A stretch of 64,000 nt of DNA from Candidatus Zipacnadia bacterium (GTDB taxonomy: Bacteria > Armatimonadota > Zipacnadia > Zipacnadales > UBA5352). Location of the stretch: contig JALGSW010000011.1 of NCBI GenBank assembly GCA_029821635.1, positions 5,661 through 69,660 of the forward strand, in the 5' to 3' direction. The notes below the pieces were generated by a model. That model saw nothing but the letters and a program-made list of their open reading frames with translations, did no database searches and had not been told where the DNA came from. Every line of letters starts with the position of its first letter. Position 1 is the stretch's first letter. The translations under genes were made by a program, and so were the position numbers. Shown piece after piece: positions 22,002-32,389 of the stretch.

Positions 22002-22970
22002 CTACTCAATCCTCCGGTAGTCGATCAGGAGCTGCTTGAGCTGCCAGACCATCGCCTGCGGGAGCTGGCCGCCCTGCTCGATGAACGTGATGAGGATGTC
22101 CAGCCGATCGTTGACCTGCTTGAGCTCGGCGGTGGAAGCCTGACCGCCAGCCACGGCGTCGCCGGCGGTGAGCCCGCGGATCACGAAGTCCGAGCTACCG
22201 GCCGCGTCGAAGACCAGCCGGTCCACCTGCGCGAGGTCGATGTCGCTCAGATAGAAGAGCACCGGCTGCACGCGCCCGCTGACCAGCGCGGTGAAGCGCT
22301 TCAGTTCGCGGCCGTTCGCGTCCTTCGCGACCAGGCCGAGTGCCTCCGCGTTGTCCAGGCCGTAGTCGCCCTGCGCGATCTTCGCCGCGTAGACGATGAT
22401 TTTGCGCGAGGTGGGCGCGGTGATCTGCGGAGGGTTGCCGCCGGCGATCCGCTTGACCCTGAGCAGCCCTTCGGCGAGGGTGGCGCCGCTGAGGACGCCG
22501 GCGCTCGTCAGGCCGCTCGGCGGCACGTACATCGCCGGGAGCTCGGCGCCGGCAACCAGCCGCGTGACGACCAGCTCCATGCCATCGGCGGGATGCACCA
22601 GCTTCAGGCCCACGACGTGGCGCCACGCGGCGTAACTGGGCTCGAAGGCCACCTCGTGCTGCTTCATATCGGCGTCCACGCGGGCGCTGACGGTCTCCTG
22701 CGCGCCGTCATCGTAGATGAGCGTGAGGTTCGTCAGCACGCCCTGACGCCGCTGGGCGGTCGTGCGGGCGCTCATGCCCAGCGCGCCAATCTCCATGTTC
22801 ACGACCGCCTGCACGGCGCTCTCGTTGCGCAGGAGCAGGTGATCGCCGGCCACGTTGCTGCTTCCGTCCACGACTCGCCAGGCGTTCATGGGGATGTCGG
22901 TGATGGTTACGGCGTGGGCACAGCCCGCTACCACCGCGATGACGGCAATGCAGAGGGTCACTCTTCGCAT
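22002..22970 (-). CDS. Secreted hypothetical protein
   Basis: Signal peptide MRRVTLCIAVIAVVAGCAHA; coding-like codon usage. Confidence 0.7.
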   Translation of the reverse strand: MRRVTLCIAVIAVVAGCAHAVTITDIPMNAWRVVDGSSNVAGDHLLLRNESAVQAVVNMEIGALGMSARTTAQRRQGVLTNLTLIYDDGAQETVSARVDADMKQHEVAFEPSYAAWRHVVGLKLVHPADGMELVVTRLVAGAELPAMYVPPSGLTSAGVLSGATLAEGLLRVKRIAGGNPPQITAPTSRKIIVYAAKIAQGDYGLDNAEALGLVAKDANGRELKRFTALVSGRVQPVLFYLSDIDLAQVDRLVFDAAGSSDFVIRGLTAGDAVAGGQASTAELKQVNDRLDILITFIEQGGQLPQAMVWQLKQLLIDYRRIE

Positions 22971-23052
22971 GGAAGATCGTCCTTTCGGTATTGGCGGCAG
23001 ACGGGAATGCCTGCCCCACGAACGGCATGGATGATGGGCTGGAAAGCCTATG

Positions 23053-24600
23053 CTATGCGTGCGTGATGCGCCTCGGCAGGCGGCTGTCGGTCTCCACGAG
23101 CCGCTCCATCAGCCGCACCTGCAGGTCGCGCTTGACCTCTCGCGCGGCGGGCTCGTCCCACAGGTTCCGCAGCTCGCCGGGGTCCTCCTGCAGGTCAAAC
23201 AGCTCGCCGAAGGGCTGCCCCGGATACGCGGTGATCTTGTAGCGCTCCGTCACCAGCGTCCGCAGGCGCAGGCCCATGTGGTCCTCATCGTTCTCGGCGA
23301 TGACGCTGTCCTGCACGCTCCGCGCCTCGCCGCGCAGGATCGGCGTGAGCGAGTTGCCCGGCAGCGCCGGAAGCTGGTTCGAGAGCGCCGGTTCGGGCGG
23401 GGTGAACTCGCCCTCAGGCATCGCCACTCCCGCCAGGTCGAGCATCGTCGGCACGATGTCCAGCCAGCTCGCAAGCCCCTGCGCCTCCATACCGCGCTCA
23501 ATGCCCGGCCCGGCGAAGATCAGCGGTTGGCGCAGGAGGCCGTCGAAGTGGAACGGGCCCTTGTTGATGAGCCAGTGGTCGCCCATCATGTCGCCGTGGT
23601 CGCACAGGAAGCACACGACCGTATTGTCGCGCAACCCCAGTCGCTCCAGCGCCGCCATGACGCGCCCGATCTGCGCGTCCACGAAGGAGATCATGCCAAA
23701 GGTCATCGCGATGATCTCGCGGAGCTGCTCGTCCTCCATGAGCGTCGGACTCGTGCGACCCGAACACCAGCGTCCCTGCTCGCAGACCTCGCGGAAGTGC
23801 GGCGCGAGGCCATCGAGCTCACCCGCGCGGCGCGTGGGCATCGGCACGTCCGCCGGATCGTACATGCTGGCCCACGGCTCGGGCGCGCAGTAGGGATGGT
23901 GCGGATCGGGGAACGAGCACCACGCGAAGAACGGCGCGCCCGCGGGCTGGTCCGCGAGGAACGAGATTGTCCGGTCGGCCACCCACGTGTTGTAGTGCAG
24001 CTCGGAGGGGAGCGCCATCGTCCAGGTGCTCTCCGCTCCGTGCGGCGACGGGCGGCCGGCGTCGGGCCGCATCAGCGCGCGCCCGTGCGGAAGCTGCGCG
24101 TCGAGCCAGCGGCCGTAGTCGCCATGCGCGTTGGGCCCGTGCGAGGTGATCAGTTCGACGCTCTGGAAGCCGTAGTAGGGCGTCGAGACGGCCTTCAGGC
24201 GGCCGTCATACCAGAGGGAGCGGGCCTCGGGCCACTCCAGCGGATCAATGGCTTCGGGCGCGAGCCCCTCTGGCGTGCCGAAGGTGCGCATGTGCAGCTT
24301 CCCGACCGAGTGCGTGCGCCAGCCCGCATCGCCGAGGGCCTCGCCCACGGTCGGGTAGCGCGGATCGAGCGGGATGCCGTTGGTGCGGACCTCGTGCCCG
24401 CGAGGCGTCAGGCCAGTGAAGAGCGTGGCGCGGAAGGGCATGCACAGCGGGTTGTTGCAGTAGGCGCGATCGAAGCGCACGCCATCGGCCGCCAGCGCGT
24501 CGAGGCTCGGGGTCTGCACCACGGGGTTCCCGGCGCAGGCCATGTGATCGGCGCGCATCTGGTCGACGCAAAAGAAGAGGAAGTTGGGCTGCTCGGACAT
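23053..24600 (-). CDS. Sulfatase (Cys-type formylglycine enzyme)
   Basis: PNFLFFCVDQMR, CMPFR (CxPxR), GKLH, DPHHP, DHGD. Confidence 0.93.
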   Translation of the reverse strand: MSEQPNFLFFCVDQMRADHMACAGNPVVQTPSLDALAADGVRFDRAYCNNPLCMPFRATLFTGLTPRGHEVRTNGIPLDPRYPTVGEALGDAGWRTHSVGKLHMRTFGTPEGLAPEAIDPLEWPEARSLWYDGRLKAVSTPYYGFQSVELITSHGPNAHGDYGRWLDAQLPHGRALMRPDAGRPSPHGAESTWTMALPSELHYNTWVADRTISFLADQPAGAPFFAWCSFPDPHHPYCAPEPWASMYDPADVPMPTRRAGELDGLAPHFREVCEQGRWCSGRTSPTLMEDEQLREIIAMTFGMISFVDAQIGRVMAALERLGLRDNTVVCFLCDHGDMMGDHWLINKGPFHFDGLLRQPLIFAGPGIERGMEAQGLASWLDIVPTMLDLAGVAMPEGEFTPPEPALSNQLPALPGNSLTPILRGEARSVQDSVIAENDEDHMGLRLRTLVTERYKITAYPGQPFGELFDLQEDPGELRNLWDEPAAREVKRDLQVRLMERLVETDSRLPRRITHA

Positions 24601-24629
24601 CGCATGCACTCCCATAACACTCGAACAAA

Positions 24630-24645
24630 TGTTTCACGTGGAACA
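24630..24645. promoter_or_regulatory. parS: parS centromere-like site (ParB binding)
   Basis: TGTTTCACGTGGAACA, the reverse complement of consensus TGTTNCACGTGAAACA. Confidence 0.88.
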
Positions 24646-24654
24646 TTTCGCGCG

Positions 24655-26199
24655 TCAGTCGATCTCCAGCCCGCTCGCCTGCAAGTCGGCTGCGTCAGCG
24701 AACTCCAGTGAGTAGAGTCGGCAGTTCCGGCCGGTGATGCGCAGACGCACCGTGCGGCCAACCAGCGCTGTGAAGTCGTGCTGGGCGCGATTGCGCAGGT
24801 GTGCGAGCCGCCGCACTGAGTTCCCGCACATCGGGCCGCAGGGACCCGCGCCCGAGAAGCTTGCGATGCCCTCCCCCGCCTCGTCGAGGAACTCGATCTT
24901 CACGTGGCCGCCCGCGCTGGTGTCGAAGTTCATCAGCAAGCGATTTGCGGGCATGGCGAAGGGTCTGGTGACGATCTCCCCGCCGTCCTCGCCGCACTTT
25001 TGCGCCACGAACCGGTCAAGCCCTATGCGCGCCACGCCGATCGCGCCGAACTGCGGCGGGTAAGGCTTGTGGTGGCCGGAGTGGTCGAGATCGTAGCCCG
25101 CGTAGTAGAGCAGCGTCTCATCGCCCATCGGCACCTGCCCTGCCGCCATGTAGATGCGCTCCGAGTCCCACGCACCGGTCCTGCTGAGGCGAACAAAGGT
25201 GCCGGGCAGAAGCGCCCACTCGATGCCGTCGCGACTGGTGGCGAGCTTCACATCTAACTTGTTCGCGAGGCCGTAGTGATAGAAGGGGCTGGGCATCATG
25301 AGGTAGTTGCGCGTCCCGGGCCACTGCAGCACCATCGGGTTGTAGAGGTCCATCCAGCCCTGGTGCTCGGCCATGTCCCTGCCCGCCGGCGCCGGGTCAA
25401 GCACCTTCTGCGGCGCGGGGAAGTCCGTGAAGCTGTCACTCTCCGAGCGCCCGACGCAGCGGTAGCCGAAGCGCCCGCTGATGCGCCGGTCCTCCACGAC
25501 GTAGCCCTCGTTGTAGCGCACGTAGGCCACGTATCTGCCCAGACGGTCGTCCCACATCGCCACATTCTGCGTGTCGGTGTACCACGGCATGATGCTGGCC
25601 TGCGGGTAATACTGCCAGTGGATCCCGTCGGGCGAGAACGCGCCTCGGATTGTCTTGTATGCGGGCACGCCCTCATCGTGCTCCATCAGCGCCCCGTCCG
25701 TGATGAGCTTGTAGCGCTCGGCCTCGGGGGCGGTCGGATCGATGAACACAGTGCCCGCGTAGTGCGAGCCGAGATCCGGCTCGAAGACGATGTTGTTGTC
25801 CGTGCTGCCCTCGAACTCCACGACGCCCAGGCTCGGACGCTCGAAGGTCACGCCATCCGTGGAGGTCGCGAGGCACAGGCGCGGGCGCATGTCCGCCGAC
25901 TGCGCGCAGTAGTAGAGGCGGATGACGCCGGCATCGTCCACGAGCACCGTGTTGTGCCACCACACGGTCCCCTGCTCCCACGGCATCTCGGGTGCCAGCA
26001 CCGGCTGAGGGTCGCGCACGGCCTCCATGGGCGTGGTCTCGAAGCCGGACTTCTGCGCAAACAGGTAGTCGTCGTAGAGGAGCCACTTCTGCGTCCCGAG
26101 GTCCATCGGCTCGCCTCCATCCTGCGCAGCGCAGGTAACGACAAGTAGGAGAAGCGTCGTGACAACGAGTGCATCGAACAAATGTTTCACGTGAAACAT
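24655..26199 (-). CDS. Secreted five-bladed beta-propeller glycosidase-like protein (GH32/GH43/GH130-like)
   Basis: Asp-box repeats STDGVTF, SPDGIHW and SRDGIEW; signal peptide. Confidence 0.75.
   Translation of the reverse strand: MFHVKHLFDALVVTTLLLLVVTCAAQDGGEPMDLGTQKWLLYDDYLFAQKSGFETTPMEAVRDPQPVLAPEMPWEQGTVWWHNTVLVDDAGVIRLYYCAQSADMRPRLCLATSTDGVTFERPSLGVVEFEGSTDNNIVFEPDLGSHYAGTVFIDPTAPEAERYKLITDGALMEHDEGVPAYKTIRGAFSPDGIHWQYYPQASIMPWYTDTQNVAMWDDRLGRYVAYVRYNEGYVVEDRRISGRFGYRCVGRSESDSFTDFPAPQKVLDPAPAGRDMAEHQGWMDLYNPMVLQWPGTRNYLMMPSPFYHYGLANKLDVKLATSRDGIEWALLPGTFVRLSRTGAWDSERIYMAAGQVPMGDETLLYYAGYDLDHSGHHKPYPPQFGAIGVARIGLDRFVAQKCGEDGGEIVTRPFAMPANRLLMNFDTSAGGHVKIEFLDEAGEGIASFSGAGPCGPMCGNSVRRLAHLRNRAQHDFTALVGRTVRLRITGRNCRLYSLEFADAADLQASGLEID
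26183..26198. promoter_or_regulatory. parS: parS site (perfect palindrome) overlapping a start codon
   Basis: TGTTTCACGTGAAACA, which translates as MFHVKH on the minus strand. Confidence 0.92.
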
Positions 26200-26206
26200 T
26201 CTGCTC

Positions 26207-28273
26207 TCACTCCTCCGCGGACACGTGCAGAAGCTCCCGGTAGAACGTGTTCGTGGCGCCGTCGGGCGCGGTTACCTCGATCGTGATGAGATTGCGGCCC
26301 GGCGCGAGCGTCACATCATGCGAGAAGCGAGAGTAGCCCAGCCACGGCGGCACTTCGACCGGCTCGCCATTGATCGTTACCGTCGCGCCTGCGCGGCAGG
26401 CGCCCCAGATCGTCGCCTGTGCAGGCGAGGTCAGCTCGACCTCGCTGCCCGAGACAGGCTTGATCGTGGCCGGCGTGCTCAGCAGCGCGCTCAAAGGCGA
26501 CGCGCTCACCAGCGCCAGCGGCTCGCGCCCCAGCGCCTCGATCTCATTCGCGATAAGCTGCCGGAAGCGATGGATCCACGCCGCGTCCGCACGGTAGCTC
26601 TGCAGCCGGAAGCCGGTCGCGAGCGTGCTCGCCCATGACTCGGCCGCGAACTGCGCCTGCAGGCCCTCCTCAAGCTCCCCGTACGCGCCCAGCTTCTCCA
26701 CCGCGGCCTCGGCCCGCTCCTCCAGCAGCATCAGCATGTCGTACTCATCCATGCCCTGCCGGAAGGCCTCCCAGCGCAGCGACGAGCGCCAGACGGGGTC
26801 GTGCTCGCGCGGCGGGTAGAGCAGGTGGCCGTTGCCGAAGTCGTAGTACGTCTTGTCCCGCCTCTCGCTCTTGATCGGCCGGATCTCGGTCCACGGGTCC
26901 GGCTCGCCCTCGTACTCGTCGCCATAGCCCCCACCGTAGCTGCGCAGCGACCACCAGAGCGCTCCCGTGAAGCCGTTCTTCGCCAGAGCCGCCGGGAAGA
27001 GGCGCATCGCGCCGGGGTTCCACTCAGCATTGAGCATGTACGCCGAGTTGAGGTACGCCCACATCTCCATGCCGTGCGCCCGGCGGATCAGCCACTGCTC
27101 GGGCGCCTCGTCCGCGCGCACCGCGAAGAGGTGCCAGCCCGGACACCAGATGTCCAGATGCTCCGCCAGCTCGTCGCTCATAGAGTTCGTGGTCAGGAGG
27201 ATGCGCAGTTCGGGCCAGACGGCCTTCGCCCGGCGGCACATCTCCGCGGTCAGCGGGAACATCTCCTCGGGAAGCTCGTCGCCGATCTTCCAGATCACCC
27301 GGTCGGCCCAGCCGCGCTCGCGCAGGTGGTCGCCCACGCCGCGCATGTACTGCTCGAAGAGCGGCCAGAACTCGTCCGAACCGACAGCGACCGGCCTGCT
27401 CAGGTACCTGTCGCGCGGTCCCCGGCTGGTCAGCGGCATTGTCGGCGGCACGCCGATGGTCAAGAAGCCAAGCTCGTCGAGGAGCAGTTCCGCCTGCTCG
27501 TCATACTCCTCGAAGCCGAGTGTCATGACACCATTGTCGTCAACGTCGATCTCGATGCCGGCGGCCCCGTACTTGAGCGTATTCACGTCGAGCTCGCGCA
27601 GGCGGCGGAAGACCTCTGGATCGCGCTCGACGGTGCTTGAGTAGTTGATCAGCCGATGCTCCTCCGGCAGGGCGATCTCCCAGACGGTGAGCGCGACCGG
27701 CACCGTCGCGGAGAATCCGCCGCCCTCGACGGTGACGCTGCCCGCATACTCGCCGGCCTCCGCGTCGCGCGGGACCTCGATCGTCAGCAGGAGCGTGGTA
27801 TTCGTGCCCGCCGGTGCGTCGAAGGGCCCCGGCGGCTCCAGCGGATCGGGCAGCATCCCGCTCTGGCCGGTGCGCAGGCCGTAGTGGTAGCTTCCGCGCC
27901 GCACCTGCGTGTATGCGACACGCTCCCACCTCCACGCTTCCGCGGGAATCGCTCCCGGCCCATCGAGGGCGCTGAAGCGCAGGTCGAGGCCGGTCAGCGC
28001 GGCCGTGGGGCGCAGGACGAGCTGCACCTGCTCGCTCTCACCTCGTGCGGCAGCCAGCTCGACGCGTTCGGCGCGCAGGAGGTCTTCGGCTTGCGCGAGG
28101 TCCTCGTCAGGGAGGACCTTCTGCGTCGGGCAGCGCACGAAGATCGCGCAGTCTGCGCCATCGTGCAGCAGCACGGGCCGCATCAGTTGCGGATCAGGCA
28201 GGTCGGCGTGCGCGGCGGCAACCGCAAGCGCAAGCCCCAGGGTCAGCAGCATTGTCCGCTTCATCGCCATCAC
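26207..28273 (-). CDS. Secreted GH123-like / DUF4091 glycoside hydrolase
   Basis: AARGESEQVQL, AGEYAG, IGDE, LLYP...SSLRWEAFRQGMDEY. Confidence 0.75.
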   Translation of the reverse strand: MMAMKRTMLLTLGLALAVAAAHADLPDPQLMRPVLLHDGADCAIFVRCPTQKVLPDEDLAQAEDLLRAERVELAAARGESEQVQLVLRPTAALTGLDLRFSALDGPGAIPAEAWRWERVAYTQVRRGSYHYGLRTGQSGMLPDPLEPPGPFDAPAGTNTTLLLTIEVPRDAEAGEYAGSVTVEGGGFSATVPVALTVWEIALPEEHRLINYSSTVERDPEVFRRLRELDVNTLKYGAAGIEIDVDDNGVMTLGFEEYDEQAELLLDELGFLTIGVPPTMPLTSRGPRDRYLSRPVAVGSDEFWPLFEQYMRGVGDHLRERGWADRVIWKIGDELPEEMFPLTAEMCRRAKAVWPELRILLTTNSMSDELAEHLDIWCPGWHLFAVRADEAPEQWLIRRAHGMEMWAYLNSAYMLNAEWNPGAMRLFPAALAKNGFTGALWWSLRSYGGGYGDEYEGEPDPWTEIRPIKSERRDKTYYDFGNGHLLYPPREHDPVWRSSLRWEAFRQGMDEYDMLMLLEERAEAAVEKLGAYGELEEGLQAQFAAESWASTLATGFRLQSYRADAAWIHRFRQLIANEIEALGREPLALVSASPLSALLSTPATIKPVSGSEVELTSPAQATIWGACRAGATVTINGEPVEVPPWLGYSRFSHDVTLAPGRNLITIEVTAPDGATNTFYRELLHVSAEE

Positions 28274-31200
28274 CCCGCAGGGAGCTCTACCGCGTTATTC
28301 GCCTCGTAGAGCTCCGTGATTACGTCTTCCGGGTCAACGATCACGGTGAACTGCCGCCCGCGGCGGTCGTTCGGCACCTCGAAGGTCAGCTCCACCACGC
28401 GCGCATTGCAGTCGCTCGGCGCCTCCAGCGGCCCCGCCGTCGCGGTCAGGTCGGGCTTGCCGTCATCGCCGCGGGCGATCACCGTGAACTGCGGCGCCTC
28501 TCCCCCACCGATGTTGTGCACGCGCGCGGTAATGGTCGTCGCGTCGTCGCTGATCACCGTGTCCTGCGGGCAGATCGCCAGGTCCGGGCGCGCGTAGTAG
28601 TCCTCGCCCGACGCCTCGATCTGCTCGATCCGCAGCGCGACGGTGGTGCGCGGCGGCAGCTCCACGTCGAGCGCCGAGCCCTTCGCGAGGCTCAGCTCGC
28701 GCGTGGAGGTGGCCTCGTCGGGCACGCCGTCCTCGTCCGCGTCCGGGCCGATGGTCACGCGGTAGGAGCCCGGCTCCAGCCGCCAGAGCGTGATCGCGCC
28801 CTGCTGCGCCCTCGCCTCGAAGTTGTAGGCCATCAGGCTCAGGCTCTGCGCGTCGGCCTCGAGCACCCACGCGGCGAAGTCCGGCGACATCCCCTGCCAG
28901 GAAATCGCGTGCGTCGGGTAGATGTAGTTGCGGTAGCCGGGCTGGCCGCCGAGGTACATGCGGTCCACGAGGTCCTTGGAGATCGCCACGCGGTCGGCCG
29001 ACTGCTCGATCCAGGTGGCGGTAGCCGGGCTGGCCGCCGAGGTACATGCGGTCCACGAGGTCCTTGGAGATCGCCACGCGGTCGGCCGACTGCTCGATCC
29101 AGGTGTGCATCGGAAAGAGCAGCTCAATGCGCTCCCACGAGGCTTTGAGCGCAGTCAGCAGCGCGTCGCGGTCGCCGAACTGCTTCCACGCCGCGTAGTG
29201 CACCTGCGTGCGCGGGTCGTTGCCCATCGAGGGCTTGAGGTCTCCATAGGAGTAGCCGTCGGCCTGCGCGCGGAGCATCTCGGCGTAGTCGCCCATGACC
29301 GAGCGCTCGACCATGTCCGGCATCATGTTCGCGTCGATCATGCCCTGGTCGAGCCAGACGCGGTGGGCGAGCAGGTAGCGGTCATCGCCGGTCCACTCGG
29401 CCAGCGCAAGGTACATGTTCTCTGAGCCGTAGCCGCCGAAGGCGTGGGTGGTGCTGACGACCCCGCGGTCCTCGAAGCGCACGGCACTGGGCAGGTAGCT
29501 CACGCGGCCCTCGATCGGCCCGTTTTCGGCGATGCTCTTCTCCACGAGGTCGAGCCAGGCATCGCCATACTCCCGCACGAGGCGCGTGGCGCGGTCATTG
29601 CGCGACCACCAACCGACGTAGAGCGGCCCGTGCAGCATTAGCGTGCTGGAGAGCACGTCCTGATCGTAGGGCGTCTCGGTGACGATCTGCCGCGCACCGT
29701 AGAGCTTCGACTTGAAGTGCCGGAAGCCTTGCGTCATGCCGGTGAGGTGCTCGTCCACGGTGCGCGTGCCATCCATCAGCCGCTCCATGTAGACCGGGTT
29801 GCCCGGATACATCTCCGCGGCGCGGCACAGCGCGTTGATGCCGTCCTCGTAGGCGTGCAGCGGGTCGGTGGTGCGGCGGTTGATGCCGTCCTCGATGAGC
29901 ACGTCGTAGCAGGTGTCGGCGAGGCGCCGCACCGAGTCGGCAATGCGCCCGTCCACGTCCGAGATCATGCTCAGCGACACCCAGTCGTTGATGAGGTCGG
30001 TATCATCGCCGAGGAAGTGCCCGAACTCCCCGTTGGGCGCCTGCCGGTGGTCGATCCACCAGTTCACGAAGTCCAGGTCCCTCCGCAGAGCCGCGCGCTG
30101 GTAGGCGGCCCACTCAGGCGCGCCCGCTGCGTCCGGGGGCTGCAGGGCCGTGCGATCGACCGGCTCGCTCGGGTGCGTCCAGATGTGCACCGCGCGGGCG
30201 TAGTAGTCATCGGGGAAGCGCGTGTGCAGGTCGTTCAGCGCGCGATGCAGCTCCATGAACACGCCCGTGCGCTCGGCGAGCCGGTCCATCGCAACCTTCC
30301 CCCACGGCCGCGGCTCGGAGACGTCAATGAAGCGATCCTTGACGTAGGCGAGCTGATCGTGGCGGTACTGCCCGGCCAGCGCCTCCTTCGGCTCGATGAG
30401 CAGGTCGAAGCGCGACTGGTGGTCGGCGTCCCAGACCAACTCGGCATCATTGCTCGCGAGCAGCCTGATCCAGACCGGGCGGCCGTCGGGGATCACCGTG
30501 TCGCGGATGTCGAGCGTAAGGTCGAGGGCCTGCACGCCATCCCACGCGCCCTGCGAGGTAACCTCGAAGTCCGCGATCTGCCGCGATGGGACGATCGGGT
30601 CGGCGGCGAGCAGCCACAGCGTCGTGCCGGGCTGCAGGTCGCGGAAGTACAGGCGCGCGCGGATGGCCCCAAGCGCGCGGTCGGCGGAGTCGGCCGGCAG
30701 CATCAGGTGGTAGAAGCGCATAGCCTGCATCGGCAGCGCGCGGGCCTCGGCCGGGGCCTCGCGCGCGCAGCGCAGAGCGGCGCGGTCGTAGGGCTCATAC
30801 TTGCTGACGATGACGCGCCCGATCTCCGACGACCAGTCGGTCCACGCGTCGGCGGAGAGGTAGTGCCGCTCGGGCTCACCGGAGAGGTCGCCCGCGTCCT
30901 CGCGGAAGGTCTCGAAGAAGCCGATCTCGCGGATGCGCGTGGGCGGTGGCGGATTCTCTGGCTGCCCCTCCGCATCGGCCTCGGGATCGGGATCGGCGAA
31001 GAAGGTCATCGCGGTCTGCGTCTGCGCCCCGTCGAACTCCCGCGCCAGCAGCGGCTGATCGCTGCGTAGCGGCATCCACGCCTCGCCCTCGGGCTCGAAG
31101 ATCTGCTCGCCGCGGTACATCTGCCCAAGGCAGTGCCCGCGGATGCGCAGGTAGTCCCAGCGCTCGCCCTCGTCAAGGCTCAGGATCAGCCCGCCCTCGT

Positions 31201-32212
31201 CCTGGAAGGAGTAGCCGTGGTAGGTCAGCGGCCAGCGTGTGAAGCGGTCGCCATCGCAGACCTTCCACGCCTGCGAGTAGATCGCGCGGGCGTCGTCGAT
31301 CCCGGCCTGGCGGACGAGCAGCGTCTCATCTTCGCCCGCAGGCTCGATGCCGAGCAGCGGCTGGCCCTCCCAGCCGAGGTAGTCGGCGCGGTGGGCGGCG
31401 AGTTCAGGCGTCCACGCAGCCGCGACCGCGGGCAAGTCCGGCTGGCCCTCGTAGACCACTCGGACCTCCTCGTCGCTGAGCGGTCGCGAGAACACGCGCA
31501 GCTCATCGAGCGCGAAGGGCTGCTGAGTGCCTCCCCAGTAGTTCCATTCGCCGATGAGCAGCTTGTCCGGCTCGAGGTCCTCGGTCTGCCAGGTGCGCGC
31601 TTCCGAGCGGGTGCGCTCGCCGTTCACGTAGAGGCGGAAGCCCTCGCTTTCATCCCACGCGAAGGCGAGGTGATACCAGGTCTCGCCCTCCCACGGCTCT
31701 GACTCGAAGTCGAAGCTGCCGCCCCACGGTCCGTGGACGAGGATGCGCCCGTAACGCCCGCGCAGGCCGTATGCCATCGCCTCGCGCGAGACGGAGGTGA
31801 TGCTGAGCAGGCTGTGGTGGACCTGACCGATGGGTCGGTCGAACTTGACCCAGAACGCAACCGTGCCGCGCCGGAGGTTGACGTTGCCGGAGGCGTCGTA
31901 GCGATGCGACTGCCCGCGCTCCATGCGCAGAGCCTTCTCCACCACGCCCTCGGTGTCACGCGCGCGGTACAGGCCGATGTCCTTCTGATTGCCGCGATCG
32001 TAGGGGTTGAGCACCACGTCGCGGGAGCCGCGGGCGATGTCCGCCTCCAGGCCCCGCCCGTAGAAGTCGGAGTAGCCGTCGTTGAAGGTCGCGCGCAGCG
32101 TCTCCGCCTGGTCGGGCGGGAGATCGACCGCAACGGGCGCGTACGCCTGCGCGTAGACGAGCGCGCAGGCGATCAGGGCGAGGAGCGCAAACGCCGGGCG
32201 GCTGAGCTTCAT
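28270..32212 (-). pseudogene. Large secreted LamG-domain / CARDB-domain protein, frameshifted by an 88-bp duplication
   Basis: LamG (GTVAFW..WYHLAFAW..LDELRVFSRPLS) at the N-terminus; CARDB (PDLAI..VHNIG..VDPEDVITELYEANN) in a second frame; removing one repeat copy restores a 1284-aa ORF. Confidence 0.8.
28930..29105. repeat. Perfect 88-bp tandem duplication
   Basis: 28930-29017 is identical to 29018-29105. Confidence 0.95.
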
Positions 32213-32322
32213 TGAAGTGACCTCCATGGATGGGCCGGCTTGTCCCGCGGTGGTTCAGGTTCCCGTGTGAGGTCGCCCACACCTGCCGGATCGCTGCAGG
32301 GCGCTCGCGCGGCCCCCCCGGC

Positions 32323-32351
32323 TTGACTCCCGCCCCCCATCGTCGTACCCT
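32323..32351 (+). promoter_or_regulatory. Putative sigma70 promoter of phnX
   Basis: TTGACT-N17-TACCCT, 38 bp before the ATG. Confidence 0.5.
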
Positions 32352-32389
32352 GCCCGCGCAGGTCAGTGAGACCAACCGGGAGGCCGACC

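Noticed and set aside
24245-24646. ORF beginning MFHVKHLF in the ORF track
   Set aside because: It is a translation of the parS palindrome and overlaps the sulfatase out of frame
28463-29017. Arg/Gly-rich tail of the 1254-aa ORF and the separate 285-aa ORF
   Set aside because: Both are products of the 88-bp duplication in a single gene
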